From the sequence record PP496436.1: 64,000 nucleotides of DNA; one strand, written 5' to 3'. The position numbers were made by a program, and so were the translations under genes. Shown here piece after piece: positions 9,628 to 18,267 of this stretch (position 1 is its first letter; every line of letters starts with the position of its first letter). A model generated the notes under the pieces. It was given only the letters and a program-made list of their open reading frames with translations. It was not told the DNA's origin and ran no database searches.

Positions 9628-9918
9628 TTACTTGACGTACTCGGGATGTCTCACTTGCGGGTGACACACGAAGTCAATGGACTGCACGGGTAAGATGAGT
9701 GGCACCGTACCCTTATACTTGCGGATCAGCTGGGCGTATATCTCACCGTCCCACTTGCCCAGCTCATTCGCTTGACTAACTCTCTCATCTAGGGAGAGCC
9801 GGGTTGCCGCTGACCAGCAGTCTGACTTGGCTGTGGGTCCGTCGAACGTCTGGATCGGCGTGTAGCCGTTGTGCAACGCGGTGAAGACCGCGAGCATCAG
9901 GAAGTAACCCGTGTTCAT
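9628..9918 (-). CDS. Hypothetical protein
   Basis: 96 aa, hydrophobic N-terminus, start overlaps the upstream stop (ATGA). Confidence 0.6.
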   Translation of the reverse strand: MNTGYFLMLAVFTALHNGYTPIQTFDGPTAKSDCWSAATRLSLDERVSQANELGKWDGEIYAQLIRKYKGTVPLILPVQSIDFVCHPQVRHPEYVK

Positions 9919-10754
9919 TTTAGTATCTCGATAGGTGGCTTCTTGGCGTTGGGGTTCGGACGGGGTTTACTGTCAGGGTTCAGGGTCGCCGGTTCCCTCC
10001 ATTCGTACCTCGCCGGTCTTTCCTCTGTGCCCACGGTGTCGTCACCCGGCAATTCATCTATCAGCTTGTAGTAGCCAGTGGCCTGATCAATCGTGGGTTC
10101 CACATAGATCTTGGTGTGGATGGCCCCTTGCCTACTGACACATAACCTGCGAATGACCGGGTGTTCCTTAGTGCCGAACCTCGGCCCTCCAACCAGACTG
10201 GCTGTGTAATACGTCGGCCCCTCCGGTGGAATCTCTACGTATGTGCCGGGTACGTTCCCGTGATATAGCGGGGGATTAGTCTGCGTGCTGCCCGGCGTCA
10301 CCGCATCTGGTCCGTCCGGCGTGCCTTTCATCTTCATGCGATACACGCGGATCATCTCATGCAGTTCGCCGCCCGGCTTTAACGCGTCTGGGTCATCCGC
10401 GTGAATGAAGGCCAGCATGTCGATAGCGTCTACTTCAAAGCCTATCGCCTCAAACGGGATCAGCTGGAACTCCTGATACACGCCGGGGATCGGATCTTGC
10501 GGTCGGTACAACGCGACCACTCTTCCTTTGCCCGGCTCGACGCCGAGTACGCTTTCGTCTCGACCCACCCACATCTCACGTGATCCCGGCACACTAGCTG
10601 GCACGTGTTCGATAGTACCTTTCGGGTAGTGCGCGTTGAACGTGGCAGTGAAGCACCGCAGGTTGCCCTTGTAGCAGCGGAACGGTTTGGTCTCTCTGGC
10701 GTGGCGGGTCAGTGGGTTGCTCAATGGTGTAGATTGTTTGACGATCAGGCTCAT
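9915..10754 (-). CDS. Hypothetical protein
   Basis: 279 aa, SD GAGGA, CCACTACCC leader motif. Confidence 0.7.
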   Translation of the reverse strand: MSLIVKQSTPLSNPLTRHARETKPFRCYKGNLRCFTATFNAHYPKGTIEHVPASVPGSREMWVGRDESVLGVEPGKGRVVALYRPQDPIPGVYQEFQLIPFEAIGFEVDAIDMLAFIHADDPDALKPGGELHEMIRVYRMKMKGTPDGPDAVTPGSTQTNPPLYHGNVPGTYVEIPPEGPTYYTASLVGGPRFGTKEHPVIRRLCVSRQGAIHTKIYVEPTIDQATGYYKLIDELPGDDTVGTEERPARYEWREPATLNPDSKPRPNPNAKKPPIEILK

Positions 10755-10790
10755 GGTGTATGTTCCTCTTCGGGGTAGTGGGTGCTGCGG

Positions 10791-11111
10791 TTAGTCGTTG
10801 AACTCTGCTGGATCGAAGCCGAAACGTTCGCACCAGTCCCGGCGGCGCTCTACAATTTCACGTGCCTGCTCTTTGGAGTAGATGGCACAGCGGATCAGAT
10901 CACGGATATCCCCCATGCGCTTCCACATGTGGAACCCTTGATAGAAATCATCAAGTGCCTGCGTGTGTTCCTTGATCAGCGACGTGATGTGGAAAGACGG
11001 TTGGGTCAGCTTCATCAGCTCGGCGTGGTCTTTCGCGAACTGGGCCAGCTTGTTGCTCACCCAGATGTCGGCTTTGACTTGCAGCAGGGCGTAGTTGGTG
11101 TCAGTGTTCAT
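10791..11111 (-). CDS. Hypothetical helical protein
   Basis: Start MNTDTN at 11111 with SD GAGGT. Confidence 0.65.
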   Translation of the reverse strand: MNTDTNYALLQVKADIWVSNKLAQFAKDHAELMKLTQPSFHITSLIKEHTQALDDFYQGFHMWKRMGDIRDLIRCAIYSKEQAREIVERRRDWCERFGFDPAEFND

Positions 11112-11135
11112 GGTGTACCTCATTGGGGTAGTGGA

Positions 11136-11669
11136 TTATTTCTTCATGCCTTGGCGCACGAACGTGAGTGGTTCGAAGGGTGGTCTCTCAAACCACGATA
11201 CGGGGTTTGCTCTCTCCAATCCGGCACGCCACCCCAGATAAAAACTGGCGGTGACGATGGACTGACGACGGTTAGTTATCTCGATCCTTCCAGTTGCCAT
11301 CAGCGTCTTGATGTCCACGAAACCCGTACGCTCGACCTCGATGTCAACTTTGCTCCAGTGCTCCTTCGTCTTAGCGAAGTCGGATACAGCTTTCGGTTTG
11401 AACAATTTCTTGTCGGTGAAATACACGACGGGGTTGGTGATCTTACCCAGTGCACGGTCTGAGCGGCTGGTGTGATACCAAGCCTCATGAACTACGCTGG
11501 CAATGTCTCCCACCCCGATACGCGCAGCCAGGCATTGCCATACGGTCGGGGCAAAGCACACACGCAGCGTCTCAGCGCATTCGTCGCGGTTCCTGCCGAT
11601 TGGCACCTTGGCCTTCAGGATGACGTGCTTGCCTAGATCTTTCACGGACACGTGATAAAAGCGGGGCAT
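11136..11669 (-). CDS. Hypothetical protein, possible ADP-ribosyltransferase-like fold
   Basis: 177 aa; 'FYHVS', 'RVCFAPT', 'KEHW' spaced like ART H-S/T-E elements (weak). Confidence 0.35.
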   Translation of the reverse strand: MPRFYHVSVKDLGKHVILKAKVPIGRNRDECAETLRVCFAPTVWQCLAARIGVGDIASVVHEAWYHTSRSDRALGKITNPVVYFTDKKLFKPKAVSDFAKTKEHWSKVDIEVERTGFVDIKTLMATGRIEITNRRQSIVTASFYLGWRAGLERANPVSWFERPPFEPLTFVRQGMKK

Positions 11670-11716
11670 GGTGTGGCTTCCTATTGGACAGTGGGGCGGC
11701 AGTGTGCCGCACGTGC

Positions 11717-11746
11717 ATGATATCAGATGGGAACCATGGGTGTCAA
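11717..11746 (-). promoter_or_regulatory. Sigma70-type promoter
   Basis: Minus strand TTGACA-18 bp-TATCAT upstream of the 11669 start. Confidence 0.7.
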
Positions 11747-11764
11747 CACCCGACCGACGCAGGT

Positions 11765-11800
11765 GAAAAAGCCCACGCAGCGGCTAGGCAGGTGGGCTTG
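11765..11800 (-). terminator. Intrinsic terminator
   Basis: Minus strand AAGCCCACC...CGTGGGCTTTTTCACC; shares AGGTGAAAAAGCCC with the 9586 terminator. Confidence 0.65.
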
Positions 11801-11803
11801 AGG

Positions 11804-12094
11804 TCAAACGAGCTTCAATACTGGCCTTGGTTTTTCACCTACGTCAACGGACGCATGTAGTTCCAGATCAAGTGCGAGCCGTATTAAGTCCGAGTAGGGC
11901 TCTCGTGAGTGTGCCCAAACGTCTGGCAGTGTCGTGCGGTAGACGTGGACAACCGTGTGCAGCTCTTCCTTGGCGTAAACACCTGCCCGCATCAACTGAG
12001 TAACCCGTGCACGCACCTTGGGTGTGATCCACGTGATCAGATCCTCATACGTTCCGGTCCAGATCATCACCTGATGATTAACGCGCTTCGCCAC
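11804..12094 (-). CDS. Hypothetical protein
   Basis: 96 aa, GTG start with SD GAGGT. Confidence 0.6.
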   Translation of the reverse strand: MAKRVNHQVMIWTGTYEDLITWITPKVRARVTQLMRAGVYAKEELHTVVHVYRTTLPDVWAHSREPYSDLIRLALDLELHASVDVGEKPRPVLKLV

Positions 12095-12419
12095 TGGACA
12101 CCTCTTTGTTGGTCAGTATCCAGCCGATGCTCAGGACCAGACGTGGCCCATGGCACATAACCCTGTGTCGGTTGATGTCAGGACGGAACAGGTTGAAGCG
12201 ACCCTTGATCTTGGCGTCCGGGCACTGGAACGCTGTAGTCGAACCTCGAAGCACGATGTTCAATCGCCAGTGTCTCTTGCCGGGAACTGGATCGGTATGC
12301 CATGAGATTCCTTGTTTGTCCATGAACCGGATCAGGTACAGGTCACCATACCGGCACTGGAACAGCAGCATCTTGAGGTACTCCCCGCCACGACCTTGAA
12401 CCCACGTGAACCATTTCAC
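12078..12419 (-). CDS. Minimal 2OG-Fe(II) dioxygenase-like protein
   Basis: 113 aa; 'WHTD...RHRV...PRLVLSIG' = HxD...H...R pattern. Confidence 0.5.
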   Translation of the reverse strand: MKWFTWVQGRGGEYLKMLLFQCRYGDLYLIRFMDKQGISWHTDPVPGKRHWRLNIVLRGSTTAFQCPDAKIKGRFNLFRPDINRHRVMCHGPRLVLSIGWILTNKEVSSGEAR

Positions 12420-12715
12420 GCTTCACGCTCGAACGACTGGGCCGGGCGAGTCTTAGGCAAGGATGTCCGCTTGCCCTTGGACACACGGTTGATGAAGGTG
12501 GAGTAACGCACAGTACCCCTTGGGTCCCACCCCGCGTCCTTGGCCTTCTTGGTCACGGCACGGAACTCTTCCATTTCCTTTTCCGTAACCTCGACGTAGC
12601 CGTCGCGCTTGGCGTCACGAATGTTCTTCATATGGTCCTCACCGTCTTCAGGGCCGGACAACATTTGAACCATGCGGGTCTTGTGGTTGACGAAGTAACG
12701 TATCTTGGCGGGCAT
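12416..12715 (-). CDS. Hypothetical basic protein
   Basis: Start MPAKIRYF at 12715, translationally coupled to neighbours. Confidence 0.6.
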   Translation of the reverse strand: MPAKIRYFVNHKTRMVQMLSGPEDGEDHMKNIRDAKRDGYVEVTEKEMEEFRAVTKKAKDAGWDPRGTVRYSTFINRVSKGKRTSLPKTRPAQSFEREA

Positions 12716-13044
12716 TATTTGGTTTCTCCTGCTACTGACTCGATGGCAATGATCTCTGCACCGATGAGCAGGCTCTTCAGCCATTCTTCACCACGTTCCT
12801 CTTCGTCCTCGATTCGGACGTCTCCCATCATAATGAATGGGCAGTCATTGTGCGTCTCGAGCTTGTCAAAGACTGTGTTTACGGCGGCGTCGATAACATC
12901 CCAGCCGGTGCAGTTGCCCCCGATCTTTACTTGCATCTCGGCGCGAAGCAATCCCGATGCGAAGGTCAATATAACGGTTTGGGTAACCTTGCCGCCGAAC
13001 ATTGCGAGAAAAGATCCGAGCTGTTCGTGATCATAGTTCAACAT
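12715..13044 (-). CDS. Hypothetical protein
   Basis: 109 aa, coupled start/stop overlaps. Confidence 0.6.
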   Translation of the reverse strand: MLNYDHEQLGSFLAMFGGKVTQTVILTFASGLLRAEMQVKIGGNCTGWDVIDAAVNTVFDKLETHNDCPFIMMGDVRIEDEEERGEEWLKSLLIGAEIIAIESVAGETK

Positions 13045-13868
13045 TAGTCTGTCCTCTTGATATTACCGGGTAGGGTGTAGGACCACGGCTTGACATAATC
13101 TGCCGGGCGGGTGTAGCCTATCAGGTCTTCACCTTCGTAAGGGCCATACTTCCATGGGTCAGTAATCTCTGCGCGTTCAAACCCGATGGACTCGTATAGC
13201 TTGATCGCACCTTCGTTGTCCGGGTCCACGTTGAGATGATGGGGCAAACCTTGGGTAAGTTCCCAAGACAGCAGGAATTCCAGCATGCCTGTGGCAACAC
13301 CGCGACGGCGGTAATCAGGGTCAACGCTGATCTCCTTGACAAAGCACGCGTCCACCTTCTCGCTGTCCTCGTCTTCTTTGAACATCACAACGTCCATCAG
13401 CCCAACGACCTTGTTGTGCGCGGTCACGGTCACCCGTATCTCTTCCTGATCCGGAATATCCCCGCTCCAGCCATTCCATCTGGCCATGGTCACGGTGTAC
13501 AGATTGTGTTGCCCGTCGTGCTTGGGACTGTGCACCTGATGCAGTGCCCGTGCATTCTTCAACTCCATCTTGGCGCTGGGCTTGATGACCGGTAATTCCA
13601 GATGTTTGATTTCCTTTTCAAGCATGATACCAATCTCGGAGTCTTTCGCTTTCTTGTCTTTGATGGTGGCTCGGTACACTGTGTCTGTGTCCGTGTTGTA
13701 AACACCCACCTTATCCGTCATCACCGTAATAGACGGCACAGCGGACCAGATGTACTCTTTGCAATGAGCTTTATCCGGGAATGCGAAGCCAACGGACTTG
13801 CCGTCTACAATGACCAGCCACGGGCAATGGCCGGGATGCGGAAACCGAAGGATCTTTTGTGTGGGCAT
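13044..13868 (-). CDS. GNAT acetyltransferase with N-terminal extension
   Basis: 'ISVDPDYRRRGVATGML' (motif A, R-x-x-G-x-A) and 'NEGAIKLYESIGF' (motif B). Confidence 0.85.
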   Translation of the reverse strand: MPTQKILRFPHPGHCPWLVIVDGKSVGFAFPDKAHCKEYIWSAVPSITVMTDKVGVYNTDTDTVYRATIKDKKAKDSEIGIMLEKEIKHLELPVIKPSAKMELKNARALHQVHSPKHDGQHNLYTVTMARWNGWSGDIPDQEEIRVTVTAHNKVVGLMDVVMFKEDEDSEKVDACFVKEISVDPDYRRRGVATGMLEFLLSWELTQGLPHHLNVDPDNEGAIKLYESIGFERAEITDPWKYGPYEGEDLIGYTRPADYVKPWSYTLPGNIKRTD

Positions 13869-13873
13869 GACAC

Positions 13874-14206
13874 TTACCTCGAAGGGGCAGGGGATTTGAT
13901 TGGTGTCACCAGCTTAAGACCGGTCGAACTGGCATTAAGACGTGGGACCGGGTTGATGGTCATCTTGGTCAACGGTGTCAATCCCAGCACACGGACTACT
14001 TCTTCCGGCAGCTCGGCACGCGTCCACACAACTACGTCTGGAGACACAGTGGACATCACGTAGATGGGCAAGTCATTGATCGCCCGTGCTTCCACTCGGT
14101 GCACGGTCTTCAGCCGGTCCAGTGCTTCTTTGGTCAGAAAGGTGGTGAGTGACTCGACGCTACCCATCCAGGTCATGATGGGGATGTTGCGACTAGTAGA
14201 ATTCAT
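13874..14206 (-). CDS. Hypothetical protein
   Basis: 110 aa, ATGA overlap with upstream gene. Confidence 0.55.
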   Translation of the reverse strand: MNSTSRNIPIMTWMGSVESLTTFLTKEALDRLKTVHRVEARAINDLPIYVMSTVSPDVVVWTRAELPEEVVRVLGLTPLTKMTINPVPRLNASSTGLKLVTPIKSPAPSR

Positions 14207-14412
14207 TGTTCAATCCCTTGATCGAGTGGAGTTTCAAGTCTGGCGATAACCGAGTTCAACCAGATGATGCGGTTGTTGTAGCGCTGTTTCAGACGGCCTA
14301 CCGGTGGATTATTCCCTTGCAGCACCCCGCACATTCTTTGCAGCTCAAGGCGAAGGGAAGCAATAGCCTGCTCGACGTGATTGCGGTCAGGATTAGAGTT
14401 CTCAGTGCTCAT
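14203..14412 (-). CDS. Hypothetical coiled-coil protein
   Basis: 69 aa, SD AAGGA. Confidence 0.55.
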   Translation of the reverse strand: MSTENSNPDRNHVEQAIASLRLELQRMCGVLQGNNPPVGRLKQRYNNRIIWLNSVIARLETPLDQGIEQ

Positions 14413-14426
14413 GTATCTTTCCTTTA

Positions 14427-14753
14427 TTACGGTTGGGTCAATGCAGATTCAAGTTTCTTGTAGCATGCTGCGACGATGCCTCTGGACATGCGGTCAGCCG
14501 CCCAAGAGTTTTGTAGCAGCAAGTGACTGTAGTGGAACAGATCACCTTGGAGCAACAAGTCGGACAGCTCCATCCGGTTGGCCAGATGAATAGAATAGTC
14601 CTCGTCTGCCAGATCCGCCACCTTCGGACCCCACGTGGCAATCACAGCATCGAGATTGGTTGGAACGACGGCCAGTGTCAGCACCGTCTCTCCCTTCACA
14701 ACACGCAGTCCCGCCAGCGTCTTGCTCACATACCGTTCAATGGTGATGCTCAT
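14427..14753 (-). CDS. Hypothetical protein
   Basis: Start MSITIERY at 14753, 1 bp from the upstream stop. Confidence 0.55.
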   Translation of the reverse strand: MSITIERYVSKTLAGLRVVKGETVLTLAVVPTNLDAVIATWGPKVADLADEDYSIHLANRMELSDLLLQGDLFHYSHLLLQNSWAADRMSRGIVAACYKKLESALTQP

Positions 14754-14754
14754 A

Positions 14755-15384
14755 TCAGATGTCCGCAATGATCTTCAGGATGAACGAACGTGCTGCTTCG
14801 TTCAGTGTCTCGATACCCTCCAGTGCTTTCTTCTTGGCTGGCTTATACGGTGACAGACGTTGCTCGTCTACGTGTTCTATTGCACCGTCATAGTCGAAGT
14901 CGATGAACTCTGCTGACAGCAACCAATAGGCACACGCACGAGACGCAGCGAAGTGGAACTCCAAGAGTCCAGCAGGGTATTCTCTCATAACACCCTGACC
15001 CTCATCATCGTGAAGAAAGTACAGAGTATTGTAATCTTTGGGGCCGCCGGTGGTGAACTGGAAGGTGCGTTCCCCGATGTCCATCTTTTCGAACTCGGCA
15101 AAATCTGCTTCGTTGAACGGCCAGTCAACGGCCTCGATGGATTGAACGACGCCACCTATAGTCCAAGTATAGGTTATTATTGGCGAGTCACCCATCTTAT
15201 TTATGCTGCCCTTGGAAACGGTCAGGACAGATACGTCTGGGTGCTGCATGGTCAGGAACAGGTTGCCGGTTTGCACATGAGACGGAACAAGTCCTATCTG
15301 CATGGCACGCTGATATTCGTGGCGGCAGTCCAACCTGATGTGCAGTTTCGGTTTGGGTTTGCGTACCGGGGCCTTAGGTGGCAT
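14755..15384 (-). CDS. Hypothetical protein
   Basis: 209 aa, SD GAGGA, own promoter and CCACTGACC leader motif. Confidence 0.7.
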   Translation of the reverse strand: MPPKAPVRKPKPKLHIRLDCRHEYQRAMQIGLVPSHVQTGNLFLTMQHPDVSVLTVSKGSINKMGDSPIITYTWTIGGVVQSIEAVDWPFNEADFAEFEKMDIGERTFQFTTGGPKDYNTLYFLHDDEGQGVMREYPAGLLEFHFAASRACAYWLLSAEFIDFDYDGAIEHVDEQRLSPYKPAKKKALEGIETLNEAARSFILKIIADI

Positions 15385-15436
15385 GGTGTCTTCCTCGTTG
15401 GGTCAGTGGGCGGCGGCTTAGTGGCGCCGTGCTACC

Positions 15437-15465
15437 AGTATGGACTCATTTACCCAGTCTGTCAA
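15437..15465 (-). promoter_or_regulatory. Sigma70-type promoter with GTAAATGA in the spacer
   Basis: Minus strand TTGACA-17 bp-CATACT; spacer contains GTAAATGA (15446-15453). Confidence 0.7.
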
Positions 15466-15471
15466 GTCCAA

Positions 15472-15505
15472 CAAAAAGCCCACCGCCGGTTAGGGTCAGT
15501 GGGCT
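15472..15505 (-). terminator. Intrinsic terminator after RNase H gene
   Basis: Minus strand GAGCCCACTG...CGGTGGGCTTTTTG. Confidence 0.65.
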
Positions 15506-15509
15506 CAGG

Positions 15510-16172
15510 TCAAAACAAACTGTTCTTCGGTACACGTTGCGTCAATGCCTGCAATTCATCAAACGTAAATTGGAACCACTCATGATCTCCGGATACCAGA
15601 CTATCCGTGGGCTTGGCCTTCTTAGCCTGCTTCAAGATCAGCTTTCGCTGTTCCCCGGCCAGCACATCTGCCCGTTCATTCCCTACGTTGCCTTTGTGAC
15701 CACGCACCCATGACACCTTGGCATTGGTCTTCTCTTTCAACGCTTTGGCACATAACCATAGGTCGAAGTTGGCGACTGCCTCTCCATTAGCTTTGAGCCC
15801 ACCTCGACGCATCCAGCCATCCAGATGATCAGTGAATCCCTTCTGCACGTATTGGCTGTCGGTTATCACCTGAACGGGTCGTGGCACTTGCCCGAAGATC
15901 TGTCGGTGCAGCATGTTGTAGCGGAAGGCGTCAGCCATAGCTGCAATAACACCTGACAGTTCCATGCGTGAGATCGTGGTGTCGTTGTATCCGGCGGCAC
16001 GGTGACTGACCTCCAATACGTTAGTCAGGTCATTGAACTGTGCACGCAGTGGAGATAACACGGGGGCATTCAGGTCCACCATGCGGACAGCAGCCCAACC
16101 GCCAATACGGTCTTTCGATCCACAAGACCCATCGGTGTAGTACGTCAACGGTATGTTCTTCTTGCCACGCAT
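15510..16172 (-). CDS. rnhA: Ribonuclease HI
   Basis: 'YTDGSC', 'SRMELSGVI', 'VITDSQYV', 'WVRGHKGNVGNERADVLA' = all RNase HI catalytic motifs. Confidence 0.93.
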   Translation of the reverse strand: MRGKKNIPLTYYTDGSCGSKDRIGGWAAVRMVDLNAPVLSPLRAQFNDLTNVLEVSHRAAGYNDTTISRMELSGVIAAMADAFRYNMLHRQIFGQVPRPVQVITDSQYVQKGFTDHLDGWMRRGGLKANGEAVANFDLWLCAKALKEKTNAKVSWVRGHKGNVGNERADVLAGEQRKLILKQAKKAKPTDSLVSGDHEWFQFTFDELQALTQRVPKNSLF

Positions 16173-16181
16173 GGTAGGACC

Positions 16182-16916
16182 TTACTTGGTGATTATCTTG
16201 TAGGTGAACAGTGCATCGGACAAGATGCGATGAACCCCGTCGGCTTTGTTTACGAACAGGTCAGCGATAGCTTCCGCATTGAGTGCCGGGTCGATCTGCC
16301 GAACGGCGCCATCACCCATCACGTAGCCTTGATCCTGATCGCGGGTGCGTTCCTTGTCTTTCAGGATAGACAGGTGGATCACGCTACCGTAACGGAACAT
16401 GATCTGTGCACGTCCGTGCGCGGTGCTCTGGATACGATCAACGCTGTCCACTACCACCTGACCGTACGTCTGTGCGGCTTCCATAACGTGAGCAATCATC
16501 GGAGACGCATAACCGGGAGTGCACGCGTAACTAGAGCACTTCTGACCCAAGGTATGTTTCAGTGGATTGAACAACTGGAAGGCGGGCAAAGTCTTACCCA
16601 TCGAATGTAGGCCGTTGTGAACATCAGTCTTGTCCGCCATCACGTGCCAGTTGCGCAGGAAGATCTGGCTACTGGAATGGACAAGATACGGGAGTCGCAT
16701 CAGATCCTCCATCCGGTCCACGAACAAGTGAACGTCGATGATGAACTTGTTCTCCACCTTAGTCCACCGACCGGGATTGGTACGCTCGATCTCGAGGAAC
16801 CCGGTTAGGGTCAGGGCCTCTAGAATTACACCCTTGGCAAGCAGTGCGTCCCGGTCGGTCAGGTTGAACAGGGATTCGGAATGATCCCGGTCGGTGATTA
16901 AGGTAATGTAATTCAT
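16182..16916 (-). CDS. Hypothetical protein
   Basis: 244 aa ORF in operon context. Confidence 0.65.
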   Translation of the reverse strand: MNYITLITDRDHSESLFNLTDRDALLAKGVILEALTLTGFLEIERTNPGRWTKVENKFIIDVHLFVDRMEDLMRLPYLVHSSSQIFLRNWHVMADKTDVHNGLHSMGKTLPAFQLFNPLKHTLGQKCSSYACTPGYASPMIAHVMEAAQTYGQVVVDSVDRIQSTAHGRAQIMFRYGSVIHLSILKDKERTRDQDQGYVMGDGAVRQIDPALNAEAIADLFVNKADGVHRILSDALFTYKIITK

Positions 16917-16934
16917 GGTAGGGTACCTGGGTGC

Positions 16935-17243
16935 TTACAACTTCTGAGGACTGACGGTGACAACGCGGATGTCGGCGACGCCCGCACTGATCTGTAGTTC
17001 GACTTTGATGAACAGGCTCTTGTCCTCGTTGGTGTAGTAATACACCGCGTTGGTACGCTTGAGGAAGAACTTTCCTTTGTTCTCACTGCGGTACACAGTG
17101 AAGTCTTCCATGTTGTCTTTCTTGAACGTGGTGAAGATCAGTTCACTGGTGATCTTGGCGACGGCTTTGGTGCCGAGGTCATCCAAGTCCCACTTTATCC
17201 CTACACCGGTGGACTGTTGCACGAAGCTCGCGAGGGTAGTCAT
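16935..17243 (-). CDS. Hypothetical protein
   Basis: 102 aa, ATGA overlap. Confidence 0.6.
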   Translation of the reverse strand: MTTLASFVQQSTGVGIKWDLDDLGTKAVAKITSELIFTTFKKDNMEDFTVYRSENKGKFFLKRTNAVYYYTNEDKSLFIKVELQISAGVADIRVVTVSPQKL

Positions 17244-17716
17244 TTGGTCTCCAACACCCGAATGAAGTCGAGTGGATCTTTAATGATGGGGAAGAAGCAG
17301 TGTATTACCTTTTCTAATCCGGTCTGTGACGGGTGAGGATCATGGATAATCTTGCCGTCGTACATCACGACCATGTGCTGGCATCCACGCTTCGACGGCC
17401 CACCGGCTAGGTACAACGTAGGGAGTGCCAGATGAGTATCCCGCTGGGACAGGTGCATGCCACGGGATTCAAATGCCTCCTCCAAGTTGCACCAGAACGA
17501 ATAGGAGCGTTCATCCTCGGCCACCGTTGTATCATCTACACTCGGGTAGAACTTACCTATCTGTTCCAGTGACAGACCGAACAAAGTAGCCACACAGGCC
17601 TCTGTGCAGTTACCCGAACCGGGACTACTGGAATCGAAGAGGGTAGTCTGATTGACCCGGCGGGCCATGGGCAGCAAAGCCACCGCGTCTTCCTTGCAAT
17701 AGAAATCTACGCTCAT
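17240..17716 (-). CDS. Hypothetical protein, possible papain-like (C39-like) fold
   Basis: Start MSVDFY at 17716 (ATGA overlap); 'GNCTEACVA' then 'QHMVVMYDGKIIHDP' = Cys...His...Asp order. Confidence 0.4.
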   Translation of the reverse strand: MSVDFYCKEDAVALLPMARRVNQTTLFDSSSPGSGNCTEACVATLFGLSLEQIGKFYPSVDDTTVAEDERSYSFWCNLEEAFESRGMHLSQRDTHLALPTLYLAGGPSKRGCQHMVVMYDGKIIHDPHPSQTGLEKVIHCFFPIIKDPLDFIRVLETK

Positions 17717-17865
17717 CGCACCAACATCCATAGGCAGGTTGAAAAGCTGAATGTATCCCGGCAGTCAGACCACGTGAAGTATTCCCAGGTGAAAGCTGCA
17801 ATGATGATTGCGGCGATTGCGAGTAACCCCAGATTAGTAGTTAGCGCTGTATCCTTCTTACTCAT
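17713..17865 (-). CDS. Small membrane protein (below ORF-track cutoff)
   Basis: Hand translation MSKKDTALTTNLGLLAIAAIIIAAFTWEYFTWSDCRDTFSFSTCLWMLVR (50 aa); SD GGGAGG; fills the gap with overlapping start and stop. Confidence 0.7.
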   Translation of the reverse strand: MSKKDTALTTNLGLLAIAAIIIAAFTWEYFTWSDCRDTFSFSTCLWMLVR

Positions 17866-18052
17866 GGTTGCCTCCCGCGTTGGCCGCGTCCAGAATGCGG
17901 CGGGCGAAACCTTTGCGCTCTGCCATGCGCTTCATAGCTTTGCCGATGGCACGACCGAACAGGGTTAATCCAATACGGCTACGCATCTCTGCCCGTAGCC
18001 GGGGTGTGGCACGCTGTGGAATCTTCAAACCCCACCGATCTACCTTAGTCAT
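17858..18052 (-). CDS. Small basic hypothetical protein
   Basis: 64 aa, Arg/Lys-rich, coupled to neighbours. Confidence 0.6.
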   Translation of the reverse strand: MTKVDRWGLKIPQRATPRLRAEMRSRIGLTLFGRAIGKAMKRMAERKGFARRILDAANAGGNHE

Positions 18053-18267
18053 GACTTATCTCCAGTCAGGGGTGTGACTCCCAGGTAATTGCCGATGCGC
18101 GGAATGAACAATGGGCAGGCAGTTACACAGACCCAAGCAACGGACATGGGGAACACTACCCCTTGCAACATCGACCAGCCACATGCAAACAGGATGATCA
18201 GACTAAGTACTGCGTAGTACGCGGACCAGATGATCAACCACCAAGCCTTACGGGACACGTTCTTCAT
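18049..18267 (-). CDS. Small membrane protein
   Basis: Start MKNVSRK at 18267 overlapping the helicase stop; two hydrophobic segments. Confidence 0.6.
   Translation of the reverse strand: MKNVSRKAWWLIIWSAYYAVLSLIILFACGWSMLQGVVFPMSVAWVCVTACPLFIPRIGNYLGVTPLTGDKS

Noticed and set aside
8828-9667. Short ORFs predicted in the 8.8-9.6 kb block
   Set aside because: No SD, low-complexity Pro/Gly translations and atypical codon use; treated as non-coding.
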